The translations under genes and the position numbers were made by a program. The notes beneath the pieces are model-generated. The model made no database searches and was not told the origin of the DNA. It saw nothing but the letters and a program-made list of their open reading frames with translations. Source: Octopus sinensis (taxonomy: Eukaryota). From it: a DNA stretch of 64,000 nt. Within the stretch, counting starts at the first letter, position 1. Every line of letters begins with the position of its first letter. The DNA lies in assembly GCF_006345805.1 (NCBI RefSeq), contig NC_043001.1:56668001-56732000 (forward strand), written 5' to 3'. Below are positions 1 through 13,797 of this stretch, piece by piece.

Positions 1-686
1 AGGTTGTCCAAATAATCATCGCATAACATTTTTGTATAATTGAAAGGGAGTAAAGTTAGGAATCAGCTGCTACTTCAGAAAAGTAAAAAAAGATAAACTA
101 AATAGGAAAAAAGAAAAGAAACTGCGGACAGTAAGCAGTTGAGTTTTTCTCTCTAGAATTTAGCTTAATTTGCAAAGCAACATCTCATATGGTACAAAAT
201 CCAGTTCTTTTAACTGCAGACAAAACATTTTTATCATGAGAAATTCAATGTATAACTTCAATCATGTGAATACACGTTCGGGATATAAAAATATATGCCA
301 TAAAACAAAACAAAAATGTTGTAAAAAAGCACAGTGGAGTTGAAATAGTAATGATAAAAGAGTTTTAATAACAACAAGGACAACTACAATAACCGAAAGC
401 AATTAATGAACACATTTATTTGCATATAGATGTTAAGATTTCCCCTAAGCAACACACTTCAAGTAAAGGTTACATTAAAAGCAATCTTTGAACTTTGATG
501 AGGAACAGTTGGTAGGAGTCTAGAAGTAGCAAGAAGGAGAGGGAATAAAGATGGAAGCGAACAAATGAAAAAACAGCAGCAACAACAACAAAAATGAACA
601 GCCAGTTATCTTTTTTATTGCTATTCTCTTAGGTTCCATTTGTCAGAAGAGGGCAGCACGGCTGTAATAATAGCAGCATCAGCAGC

Positions 687-718
<32 letters not shown>

Positions 719-1260
719 ATGGTGGTGGCGGCGGCGGCGGTGGTTGTAGCACTGGTCGGACAGGGCCAGGATAACAATAGAACTGATTGGAAGTGTATGT
801 AGAAAGAAGGAAGAGATTGATTGAAATTAATTTTTATGGTAAGCCTTAAAATCAGAGGAGGCTTAATATGGAAATTACAGTACAGTTATAATTAGGTGTC
901 CTTTGTGAAGGGGAAAACGGTTTTGGGCTATGAGTTGCAGATAAGATTTCAATTTGAACTAATCCTTACAGATTTGTTCAAATCACCAACTGATCCCCCT
1001 AATTTCTTTCTGTAGATTCATGCAATTTTATACAGTATTTTTTAAATATCTATATACATTTTTATTTTTGCACAGACAAGTTTTTACTTTTATTGTTTCG
1101 ATTGTATGACGAGAATTTCTTTCTTTCTTGTTTTGGTATATTTTAATCAGTCTTCCATTCTGCAGACAAATCACGGAATGAACATGTTCAGCCATTCAAC
1201 AGAATTGAAACCATTATCATATTTTATAATGTTTATAAATATTCATGTTTGCCCTTTCTG

Positions 1261-1520
<260 letters not shown>

Positions 1521-1524
1521 TGCA

Positions 1525-1725
1525 AGATGGCCGTACGTTAGCACCCCGGCTAAAACGCTTAACTGCATTTCGTCTGTCTCTATGTTCTGAGCTGAAATTC
1601 CACGGAGGTAGGCTTTGTCATTCATTCTTTCGGGATCGATAAAATAAGTACCAGACAAGTACTGGGTCGATCTAATCGACTAGTCCCTCCCACTATATTT
1701 CAGGTCTTGTGCCTATATCAGAAAT
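1525..1725 (+). mobile_element. SINE family B (~200 bp)
   Basis: cgttagca...gcatttcgtc...gttctgag..aaattcc...tcgataaaataagtacc...gggtcgat.taatcgact, shared with the other B copies. Confidence 0.75.
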
Positions 1726-1807
1726 AAATTCTTCTTCTTCTTCTTCTTCTTCTTCTTCTTCTTCTTCTTCTTCTTCTTCTTCTCATCATTGTAATCATCG
1801 TCGTTGC

Positions 1808-1843
<36 letters not shown>

Positions 1844-2108
1844 TATTTTCTTTATGAAACTGTGTATTGAAACAAATATTATTATATTCCGGGACGATCA
1901 TTTTTTTTTTTTGCCAAGTAAACACGCACTATATACTGTCGATAAATCTTTAGTCACGCATCTGGTACCTCTTCAGCTACCCTTTCCATCCTCGTGCATT
2001 CTCTTTCTCCGCTTAGTCTATTCTGTCCTTCAGGAGCAGGAGGATATCCGAGGACGGAATTTTCTTAATTTTCTTACCACTAATTGATATGGTCGAAAAA
2101 CAAAGCAC

Positions 2109-2146
<38 letters not shown>

Positions 2147-2454
2147 GCAACTGAAGCAACAACAGCAACAGCAGCAATGACGAGCAGGATAAATTTAGAA
2201 GTGACAGAATCAAGACTATCCCCATCCTGATTGCTTGTAGATAGAGAATTATGTAGGTCACCAGAGCGCGAAAGCATAGATTATTTACAATTGAAAGTGT
2301 TCGGCTGGCTATACAGACCAAAAACGTGTGATCTGTGCGGTCGACCTAGGCAGACTTCATAGGCAGCAATCCAGTTACTGGAACCTTAAAGCCTCTTTCT
2401 CAATGCATCAAGCTTAAAAAGATTGGAATAGCAAATTAGTGAAGCAGAAGTTGA

Positions 2455-2640
2455 TGGGGAGAATTGTCAAAAACCGTTGATAAGTTGTTTCTTCCGACAC
2501 TTTACGTTCTGAGTTTAGTTTCTGCTGTAGTCAGCTTTACCTTTCCTCGATCTGGGGTCAATAAAAATAGTACCATATATGTACTGGGCTAGATAGTATC
2601 CACTAATCCCATTCCCTCAAAATTGCAAGCCGTATGTTTA
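2455..2640 (+). mobile_element. SINE family B, decayed
   Basis: ctttacgttctgagtt...ggggtcaataaaaatagtacc. Confidence 0.5.
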
Positions 2641-5600
2641 TATAAGAAATAACTGAATACACCGTAAACAATAAGTTTGTGGGATCACTCAACTAGTTAA
2701 ATTTGTAGCGAAATCTCACAAAAATCACACTATAATAACTTGAAAAACAAAATAGTCATACATATTGAATGCCTTTGGTTATAGTTTTTTCGATCTACGT
2801 GGTAATCTGGAAGTAAATAGTAGCAGTAGCAACAGCCATTTTCCATTTTACCGAGAGCAAAAGCATGAAATACGTCAGACCATCACATTTAACATCAATA
2901 AAAATACCCCCCCACACACTGAATACAAATATATTAGAAATTATTCATAATAACTCTATAATATTCTCAGTAAATACAAGACGAGTTAAATATTGCAAAT
3001 CAATATTATAAGCACACTAAATCTTCTCAGAGGAATAAAGTTTGGTAAGAAAAAAAGCAGGAACAATTTTAGTTTATAAACAATGTTAAATCTATCATTA
3101 ACCATGTTATCTTCACATAATATTACTGAGAACACAAAAACAGTAATCTACGAGACATTACAGGTTTCGTAGGCAAAAAGAAACGACAAAACATTTACAC
3201 GCCACCCGGCTAGAAAAAATTTAATCAAACTGAAAAACCATCTGGAAATGTAAAGATTAAATCTTTGATGCAGTAGCAAGCCTTAACCTCAACTGTCACA
3301 CTTCTTACCATTTCAAATGTAAATCGTTCCACAAGTATGTACAAGACCCCTGAATGCTTTAACAACGAAAACAGAAGTAAAATATTTCTCTGATCCAGGG
3401 CAGACCAGCACAAACTTTGACACACGCGAATGTAGTTCCTGCATCTATAAATTATTTCGTTTTTGAAGCGTGTGCAGAAATGCACATCACCAGTAGCAAA
3501 TGGATAAAAAAGCAATTAGCATATTCCAACTTGGTACCAGTAGGCACCCTTGTTATGACCAAAACTACTGAGTACATGCGCAGACAAACAATCTGCACTG
3601 TAAAGGCAACTCATATAGATGGCAATGCAACACCACTTATAATAAACCACTGAATTGTTAACGTCTTAGCTTCCGTACATTCATTAATTCCCTTTTCAAG
3701 AACTACTACATTCGGACAGTTCTCTTTCTTTTAGCATCTTGTTTCCAAACTAAGTTATGGTATCAACATTTTTGGCATAAAGCTTTGGTCTCAGACTTCA
3801 ATTTGCTTGAGATCTTATATCATAATTACTCGGTCAGACAAAAAAGAAGCAGGAACATGCTCTGTAATTCGAAACTGTAATAACTGTGGACATGATCCAT
3901 TTCGGTTCGGTGGAGCTGAGAAAAAAAATTAAAAATTAAAAAAAAATTTGATGTTAGTGTTATCGTTGCTGATGTTGTCATTGTTGTCGTTATTGTTGTT
4001 GTTTAGTCCTAGTTCAGCCCATACTGAGCAAAAACTCTACAGTTTGACCCTTTGCAATTATTATCATTCATGTAAGTATACATTTGCACTACATCGTCAA
4101 ATAGAGTACGTTTTGTAGAATACTTAGTCGCTGTTTCTAGTAGAGTATGCTGCTGGTTCTTATATGACTACCGACTTTATCCCTTGTTGATTTGTCGACA
4201 TTTCTATTCTCAGAGTAATGAGAATAGATGGAAAACCTGGTGTCACATTGAGTGAAGTATCAAAAATTATGACTTATGGTATTTAGCTATCTACTTTTTA
4301 CATTCCGAATTCAAATTCCCGAGAGGTCATCTTTGACTTTCATTCTTCCAGGTCAGAGCAAGGCTCAATTATATTGACTACACATTCCCGCAATATCCGT
4401 GACTTCTTGCCAAAGCTAGAAATCAATAAATGGACAAGCTAAGAATAACTATTTAGAAAATAAAATATTGCTAACTGACAGAGTTTCCACATTTAAGAGA
4501 GGAATAGTCGATCAAATCCACTTGAATATTTCACCGATACTTTATGTTATCGATGCATTCACCAAGATATAAAAGATAAAGTTGACCACGTGTGAATTTG
4601 AACTCAGAATGTAAATATCAGCTACTAAGTACCACGTGATATTTTTTTGACGCTAAAAATATTGAAATCTAGTTATTGTTGTTTTGCCTCCGATCGGTGC
4701 TAAAAGAGATCAGTATTTCAATCCCTTTTTTTTTAGGCATAATGTATGTAGGAATATCTTGTTCAATGTTTTATTCCGTTTTAGGAAAGCAGAGCATGTT
4801 TTAAAGGAGATTTGATTGCTAGTTCTAGTAGGCCGAAAGACCACATAGAAACTCATTCATAGGACTATCATAAAAATATGATAATATCTAATCGTAATTT
4901 GAAGTAGTAAATAGGTAGGCTATATCAACTGGTAATTGAATTTATAGAATATTCACGACGAGATACACATTATTATACAACGTTCTCTCAAGATAATTCG
5001 TTAAGCGAAAGAGTGCATGTATTTATAATTATTTAGTGAATACATCTCGAGGCACTGAAACCACCGAACTCTCACACAGCTACGTTTCTCGATAGAACTA
5101 ACAGATAAAAGAATATATTACAAAACACTGAGGTTGATTCTAGATAGTCACTACACTTGCTAGAAATTGCAGCCAAATCACTCTCAAAATACACTTACCC
5201 TCATATGCAAGATACATTGAATAATGTTGACCTGCGTTCACATTACTTGCAAAAAATAAATGGAAAAGAAAAATAGAATTTTTATCATTCGGTTTAAATT
5301 CCGTTTAAATATGCTGAATGAATTGGAAATGAAGATAAACATCAACAATAACAACACTAATAATACACTAAGCAAAAACCTAAAACCACAACACTCATTG
5401 CTAATATAATGAAGCATAGCGTGATAGAGTGAGTACTCATTAGGATTCTAAAATAGATTGAAGTATGGTATTTCTGGTGAATTGGGTTTGTGTATGTTTA
5501 AGCGAATCTAACAACGTAAACAACTGTTAAGTAGGTTTATTATTCTCACACATGTTCTCTTACAAGATCTGAAGTTAGAAGCATTGATGCTTCATTAGTT

Positions 5601-8600
5601 CTACATTTAGTATTTGTGGCTAACACGCTTCATACAGATAAACTGAATATCTTAAAACAGTATATTACTGGTACTTACATTTCCAGCTGTAGAAGATTAA
5701 ATGTATAAGCCACTTCAAAAAAAACTTGAAATTCTTCCTCCAGTTGTTCAATGGATAGGTGAAATACTCGAACTAAACATGAAATATAAAATAAAAGAAA
5801 TAAATAACAGAAATAATAGCAGAATGTAACTGATTACTGTATGTCACAAATAATCACTGATGCAGTTAAAACATTCCTCCTCCGGTGAAAACAAAATATA
5901 TATAATAATCTGGTATTGTACTGTATTAGTCACAGACAGTCTCAGTAACTGAACTGCAGTACATTTCATTAGAGAGCTTATTTCTTCATTATCATTTAAG
6001 ACTTAACGAGTCCTTCTCAAGTTCTTCTGCATAAAAGATTATCTGTCGACTATTCTAATTCACAATATTGATTAAAGTCTCTTCACTATTTTCATTCCTC
6101 CCTGCTCTCTCCTGTCGCAAAAGCATTAGCAAGAGGAATCAGACTTTATCTTTTACCGTTACAGACAATAAGGATTAAGGTTTCTATCGAAGACAACAGC
6201 AATAAACGGGTGGATTGAGGGAATTACAGTTTCTCTCATACCCATTTTTTTTTTACGTTACTCTTCTTCATATGTTTATCATCCATTTCTTTTACACTAA
6301 ATTTATTTTGTTTCCCATTCAGCCCCACTCTATCAACTCTTGATCCCTGTATTCTCATTAACCAGCATTAAACTGTTTTTCTACTCCATCTTTTTCAAAT
6401 ATCCTTTAAGTGAAAGTGAAATAGATTTACTTTTTCTCTCAAATCCCTATTTTCTACGACCAATTCTCCATGTATCTTCTACTTTTCTTTATCACTTTAC
6501 AAAAACAATCTAAATATCTGTAAAAACTATATACCAAGAGCTATGCTTTATTTAAAATATATTGGGAGAAGAGGGGCATATATTCAGTTTAGTGGGTCTT
6601 CAGATATGCACACAAAATCGAGGATTTTGTCATTAAGGCTATTCGTCATAATGTAAGAATTTGTAAAGAAGGAAATAGTTTTTCATAAAAAAAAATTGCT
6701 GCCATCAATCATGTTTTGAATGTAAAAAATATCATCAGAATTCACTGCAAGAATAAACATAGAAGACCTTGTGTGAAATAGCACAAAAAGTAAACATGAC
6801 TGAACAGACCAAATTAAACCAAAACGGCACACAAATGAAATCGTTATCTTCTTATCGCTTTTTTCACTAGGTCACCAAGACCGGTGATGTCGTGAGGGGA
6901 GGTAAGAAACTGTGATTCATAGGTTACAATCAGACCAGAGACCTTTTCCGAATATTTGCAACAATGAAGACACTGTTTAAAGGCACCCAAGGACCAAGTT
7001 GTTATAAACCGAGTAATATTTTAAAACTCTTAATCTCATGTTATCTGCTTTTCTTTCGTAAATACATTAAAGAGCGCTGGCCGAAGAAATTTACTCACAG
7101 TAGACGAGTTAACCAATAACATCTTGACGTATTAGAAATCACCCTATACATTTATAAAAGAAAAGAACGTTGACTGAGGTAGTCTTACAATAACCCTGAT
7201 GTTTGTGACTAGAAAACATCCCGTTATGTACTGATATGGGGTTAAAAAGTATCTTCACCAGTCGCTCATCGAGAACTACCACAACAGCAGTAACACCAGA
7301 AGCAAATATAAGCCAATGACTAAGTGATTATAGAGGGGTTGTTTCCCTTTCAAAATACCAATCCCATCTATTCCCAGTGTGTGTCAACAAAATGGGAAGT
7401 TATGATAACTTTTGATAATATAAACGTAGATGGACTATGACTGAATAAGGGAAGACCGTAATATCACAGCTTTCATTATAAGTCACTTCGCAGGACAGAA
7501 TGAGATCGAACATATCTCGGAGTACTGTTCTTAAGACTACTACGCCTCTGAATTCGGTAGATAGGAAAATATTGCGTGTTTATCAAATCCATATTAAAAA
7601 GAAACAATGAATAATAAAACAATGATATTGATGATGATTGATGACTTACTGCTGACGACAACGTTTAAATAATGCGACAGTAGCAAGGACGATGTTGATG
7701 ATGCTGATGGCAATCTGTCAAAGTGCTACACAACTTTTCATATTCAGTTTCCTGTTGACAGTTATATGAACGTAATTATCAAAACTTATTATTTTTAATC
7801 AATATTAACGTAATAGCTAGTTCTTCAATCTGTTTCCTCTTCTCTATCTCAGCTATTCATAAAAACACAGACATATACACACAGACAATTATATCAAAAC
7901 ATATATACGGTTATAGACACACAGTTACCTGCCGTTTGATTAATGGACTGTCTCGTCAATTGTGTTCATTCAAGCTTAGATGGTCACTTCTTTTTCACAA
8001 TTTATAGCAATTCATAAAGACCGGTCTCGATATCTAAATTAAGCAACCTCAGAATAAGTTGTGTGTGTGAGTGAATGAATGTGTGTTTATATATATATAT
8101 ATATATATAAACATATATATATATACCTGTACATATATATAGATATATATATATATAAACATATATATATATGCATATATATATATATATACATACACAT
8201 ACACACACATACATATATTTTGTATACATAAATTTTATATGTATACGCGTGTATCAGTGTATGTACTGACATATATACACATATATGTGTTTATTTGCGT
8301 GTGTACACATACACCTACACACTCATACACGGACACACACACACATATATATTAATGGTGCATTAAATGATACAGAAAATCCTTATAGATTTTTAGCCAG
8401 TAAGTTTTGACTTATGTATAGATGGACGTGATCAACGTGCATTTATATAGAATACATTCGTAAGTAGGAAAAGAGGGAGCATCCGTTGCAAGGATTTCAT
8501 CGGGGAACTCGTCTCCTAGTAACTATCCAATATGAAACTACGTATCAACTTACTACCGTTAAGGGTTTAAAACAAATAGGATAGAACTATTAATATATAT

Positions 8601-8899
8601 GGAGCATTCTCCAAAGCTAGTGTTTTACTTAAATTGCTGGTACTTTAACGGGCTCGAGTAAACTTCCCATAGATATGTTTTCCAGCGGAAGATAATACTA
8701 AAACAACACGCTACCGAAGAATAATATATTCATTGAGTGCTATAATGGATGTGCAGTATATGACAATTTGTCTGTCTGATTCATGTAGTTCTTCAGCAAT
8801 AGTACTCCTATAACAAACGTGTTTGTATACAATAAAAGTGGGGAGGCAGGCACAGACAAAATCCCAAAGCAGGATTGAAATTGGTTCGATTGGTTCATA

Positions 8900-9412
8900 T
8901 TTTACTCGATCTTACGAATTATTTCATAAGCCTGGAACTTATTCTTAAGGAAAGAAATCAACACAGAAATTTTTCCAGACAAGTCTTGAATTTTATGGAA
9001 TCTGTTTCTGTTTTGATATATTTTGGTATAATATATTTGAGAGCTGAACCGGCTGAGGTAAAAGAGTTGTGTCGTCATGTTGCTGTGTGTCTTGAGTTCG
9101 ATCATTAAAGCGGGCGGATAGCACGGGGACCAAATCTTGGGTGGATTTTAAAATTGATGCCAACATCATGTGTGCAACATTGATGGAATATTTTCCACAT
9201 CGCACAAATGATGTAGTGCTCACAGCAGCATTGGAAAGAGTAGAGATAGAGTTTTTTTGTCGACCCCAGTAGTTAATGCCTGTCATGCCGTCTATCTTTC
9301 TTGTTATTAACCCTTTCAGCGCTTCCACTTTCATAATGCTTTGCTTCGTACGGGGAGACCACAGTTGGCATCAGTACTCAATGTTGGGTCGGGAAAAAGT
9401 AGAATTCATATA
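8900..9412 (-). mobile_element. CR1/L2-group LINE, 3' RT-distal fragment
   Basis: RPNIEY.CQLWSP, KIDGMTGINYWGR.KKL.LYS, MWKI and IPKYIK...FKTCLEKFL across frameshifts. Confidence 0.75.
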
Positions 9413-9526
9413 AGAACACAGATATCATGTTGTATAGACAGCTGGAAACGAAATTTCCTGGGTTCAACAACAGTAACAATCGTCCCTTCCAGGAGAGCCA
9501 CATTATGTTGACAAATAGTCTTTACA
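9413..9526. repeat. Half copy (right arm) of the 48451-48691 palindrome family
   Basis: acacagatatcatgttgtatagacagctgg...gccacattatgttgacaaata aligns with 48578-48690. Confidence 0.6.
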
Positions 9527-9569
9527 TTAAAGAACTATTACTGAATATCTCTCTTTGAGAGATTGAGAA

Positions 9570-9665
<96 letters not shown>

Positions 9666-10688
9666 TATATATATACACAAGAGAGAGATAATTATATAAG
9701 ATACAATTATACTTAAGGGCACAGGAGTCCCATGCCTCTATACTGAAAATAGACGTCAAATACGTCCAGCCACTGCAGATCTTCACGTCTATTTTCAGCA
9801 TATAGGCATCGTAGCTTCCGTTCACTTAACTAAAATTGTAACCTATACACCTATATATTTCTATATATGTGTTTTATCTAGAAGGATCTTTATATGCTGG
9901 CCTCTGATAAAATTCCTTAATTTTAATGATTTTATCTTTTATGATCACATATATACATATATATATATACATACACACACACGCACACACACACACATAT
10001 AGATACATACATACACACGTAAATAGATATATAGATAGTTAGTTATGTATATATACGCATGTGCGTGTGCATCTTACTGAGTGTATCTTTGTGTCTGTAT
10101 ATGTAGACACAAGCTTGCACGCGCACGCAAAAGCACACACACATACACACACACATACTCTCATACATATATTAATAACGAAATACTGACGGGGAATTTA
10201 ATGTTTCGTTTGAAGGCAAACACTTTGGGTATTCTACGCCTTTTGTTTATTTTTGGTTGATCTTGTGAGTGAAATTTAGTGATTGATATGTCGGTAGCGT
10301 GTATTAATAGTGCGTACTGTTGTGATACAGAGAGCCCTTTCATCGATTGTTTCATAGCGTGAGTAGAAATAAAGATATAAAATATATACTCTAAAGTGTA
10401 TTAGTGTAATAAATTGATGCTAAGGTTTTTCAACAGACGTGTTTAAGAGCGGGACATGAGGTGAAAAAAGAATAAAAGAATAAAAGAATATCCGTCAAAT
10501 TTAAATAATATACATAATTCCTCATCTCTTAAATATAGAACAGTAATATGTATACATATATATATATATATTGTGTATGTATATATATCTTGTGCACATA
10601 TAAGTAAATGTATGGGTATGCATTTGTTTCAATGCCTATGTCGAAGACGGTGCCGAAATTTTCCTGGTTTCGGCTAGAAAACATTACC

Positions 10689-10838
10689 GGAAGATCAGTT
10701 AGTTATGATTTCCTTCAATACATTCTCCTCTCATATTCACACACTTCTTGCAGCGGTCCTTCAATTTGTCTAAGTCCCGTAAAAGAACTCAACCAGGACT
10801 TTCGCGATACCCTTAAAGCCAGGAAATTTTAATCCTCT
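10689..10838 (-). mobile_element. Mariner-derived non-autonomous element (second copy)
   Basis: Reverse complement aligns by eye with 54275-54440. Confidence 0.6.
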
Positions 10839-11113
10839 TCCAGCCCCATTTAGACCCCTTTTCACATTTTGGTTAATATAACCCGATTTCATTCGGGTCT
10901 ACTCGGGCCACATTTTATAAGATGAGGAATTTTGTCCTAGAGGTCACGCCTTTTATTTGAGGAAAAAAATAGTTGCCATGCAAACTCACCAGCACTTTTA
11001 ACATAGGTGTGCATATTTTCAGCTCAACCGACCACATTTTGCACACAGACACATATATATGTATATATATTTATATATATATGCATGTATATATATATAT
11101 ATATTATATATAT

Positions 11114-11174
<61 letters not shown>

Positions 11175-11208
11175 GCATTAAATATATATATGTACATATA
11201 TACGCAGC

Positions 11209-11240
<32 letters not shown>

Positions 11241-11303
11241 ACGCATATATACAAATGTATACAAATTATATATATATATATATATAAATACAGATATATA
11301 CAA

Positions 11304-11686
11304 CTAGCAGTATCGCCCGGCGTTGCTCGGGTTTGTAAGGGAAATAACTATAAAGCATTTTTAGATAGTTATAGCCAAAATATAGCAAAAAAATGGGAAA
11401 GAAATGATGGTAAATTTTTTTGAGAGTTAAAAAGGTGGAGTTGCGTCCCCTAGACAGTCTGTGGTTTGTGTTTCTAATTCTCGACCCCATGTCGAATTTA
11501 TCGATTTTTTTCAGAACTGGGGGAACTTTTCAAAATTTTCGCTGCGTTAGTTTTGAATTATGACATTGGGCTATGTGTGTGTCAAGTTTAATCAGAATCG
11601 GTTGAAAGCCGTGGTCAGAGTGAGGGTACAACCAAACAGACACACAGAAACACACACAGACAAACTGCCGTTTATATAGAGAGAGA
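11304..11686 (-). mobile_element. Non-autonomous Helitron
   Basis: Minus strand reads A|TC...CCCGAGCAACGCCGGG (hairpin, 11316-11331)-cgatactg-CTAG|T. This gives the canonical 5' TC, subterminal hairpin, 3' CTAG and A/T target. Confidence 0.75.
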
Positions 11687-12059
11687 TTTATACATACATA
11701 CACATTATATATACATATTTATATATAGAACACACGCGCACACATATATAAATTAACCCAATGATTATCGCCACCACCACCACCACACAAACATGAAAAC
11801 AAATATTTGTTCTCATGATTGTGTGGTGGTGGTGGTGGCGATAATAATTCGCTCTATGAATGCAGACAGACGTAGAGAGAAATAGAGAGAGGGGATGTGA
11901 TAGAAAATGTGAGACCGCTGGCGAAGGCGGCGGGGGAAAGATAGTTGATCTGTCACACGTCATTATAGAGAGTATGTGAAGGGAAGGGATGAAAGAGAGA
12001 GAGAGAGCTGGAGGAAGACAGACAGATAAGAGAATGAGAGTAACGAAAAAGACTTGTCA

Positions 12060-12250
12060 AAGTGCGGGTTTTTTCCCCTAGTAACTATAGCTTTTGAGAT
12101 AGGGATTTTTAACCCAGCCCACTCATATCCTCACCTCATTTTACATGTCCCTGTAAATTTCGGAGCGAATCCGACGGGATCTAATGTCCTTTAACCCGTT
12201 CCAATGCCAAAACCAGACAAACAAACTTTTTGCATTTCAGATTTATCGAT
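12060..12250 (-). mobile_element. Possible 5' part of a second Helitron-like element
   Basis: aaatttcg..aatccg...cagacaaacaaact...ttatcgat parallels the 11580-11687 end of the first element. Confidence 0.3.
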
Positions 12251-12270
12251 ATTGCTATATGTATGTATAT

Positions 12271-12404
<134 letters not shown>

Positions 12405-12405
12405 C

Positions 12406-12446
<41 letters not shown>

Positions 12447-12853
12447 GCGCAGGAGTGGCTGTGTGGTAAGTAGCTTGCTAACCAGCCACATGGTTCCGGG
12501 TTCAGTCACACTGCGTGGCATCTTGGGCAAGTGTCTTCTGCTATAGCCCCGGGCCGACCAATGCCTTGTGAGTGGATTTGGTAGAGGGAAACTGAAAGAA
12601 GCCTGTCGTATACATGTATATATATATGTATGTGTGTGTGTTTGTGTGTCTGTGTTTGTCCCCCTAGCATTGCTTGACAACCGATGCTGGTGTGTTTACG
12701 TCCCCGTCACTTAGCGGTTCGGCAAAAAGAGACCGATAGAATAAGTACTGGGCTTACAAAGAATAAATCCCGGGATCGATTTGCTCGACTAAAAGGCGGT
12801 GCTTCAGCATGGCCGCAGTCAAATGACTGAAACAAGTAAAAGAAAATAAAAGA
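12447..12853 (+). mobile_element. tRNA-derived SINE family A
   Basis: Head gcgcaggagtggctgtgtggtaag with B-box-like ggttcagtc, internal microsatellite, and 3' gactgaaacaagtaaaaga tail. Confidence 0.9.
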
Positions 12854-12871
12854 AATATATATATATATATA

Positions 12872-13041
12872 TGTTGTGTCGACGCCCCCAGACGATGAAG
12901 TAGGCTGGCCCAATACGTAGATATAGAGGGAGAAGTCTAGAAGTCGATGAAGTGAGTAGAGGTCATCTGAACGTGCGAAATAACAATGGCGACGAGGATT
13001 TCATATCTCACACAGCCACTGTGTAGTATTACGACGTAACA
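12872..13041. mobile_element. 170-bp TG...CA element (solo-LTR-like) in (TA)n
   Basis: Starts tgttgtgtcg and ends cgacgtaaca (8/10 inverted match). Complex sequence bounded by TA tracts. Confidence 0.35.
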
Positions 13042-13619
13042 ATATATATATACATATATATACACACACATATATTTATACATATATATACACACACATA
13101 TGTATATGAATATATATATATACACACACACATATATGTATGAATGTGTGTATATATATATTTGTTGTGATGTGTATATTCTGATATGTGTTTGTGAGTA
13201 TCCATATGTGTAGGTTTATATATACTAATTTGCAAGGATGCATATAAATTTTGTAGCTGTACATACGTATGCATAATTGTATTAGTCACTGATGATAAAT
13301 GTTTGTTAATAATTTTCTATTCCTTATATACAATCACCTGATTTTAAAAATAAATCTCTTGCCCAGTTTAAGAATTGTTCGGGCATGACCTTTCCGCACA
13401 AATCACAGAACTTAACCTGTCTTTGACCTCTGCTTACATTTAATTGTAACCTCCATTTCACCTGTTTACATATATAGCTGAAAGATTCAAAACAGTAATA
13501 TTGAAAAATATTCTTTTATTATTACACCAAACATAAATCAATTTGCAATTATATAACAAAGTAGACGCTCACCGAATTCGGTGTGTATGGACCCACCTGG
13601 TCCTTTTCGCCGCCATCCT

Positions 13620-13754
13620 ATATTCTTCTTCTTCTTCTTCTTCTTCTCTTCTTCTTCTTCTTCTTCTTCTTCTTCTTCTTCTTCTTCTTCTCCTCCTCCT
13701 CTCCTCCCCCTCCCCCGCCTCCTCATCCTCCTACTACTACTACTACTTTTTTTT

Positions 13755-13795
<41 letters not shown>
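13620..13795. repeat. (CTT)n/(CCT)n/(CT)n microsatellite
   Basis: Directly visible. Confidence 0.97.
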
Positions 13796-13797
<2 letters not shown>

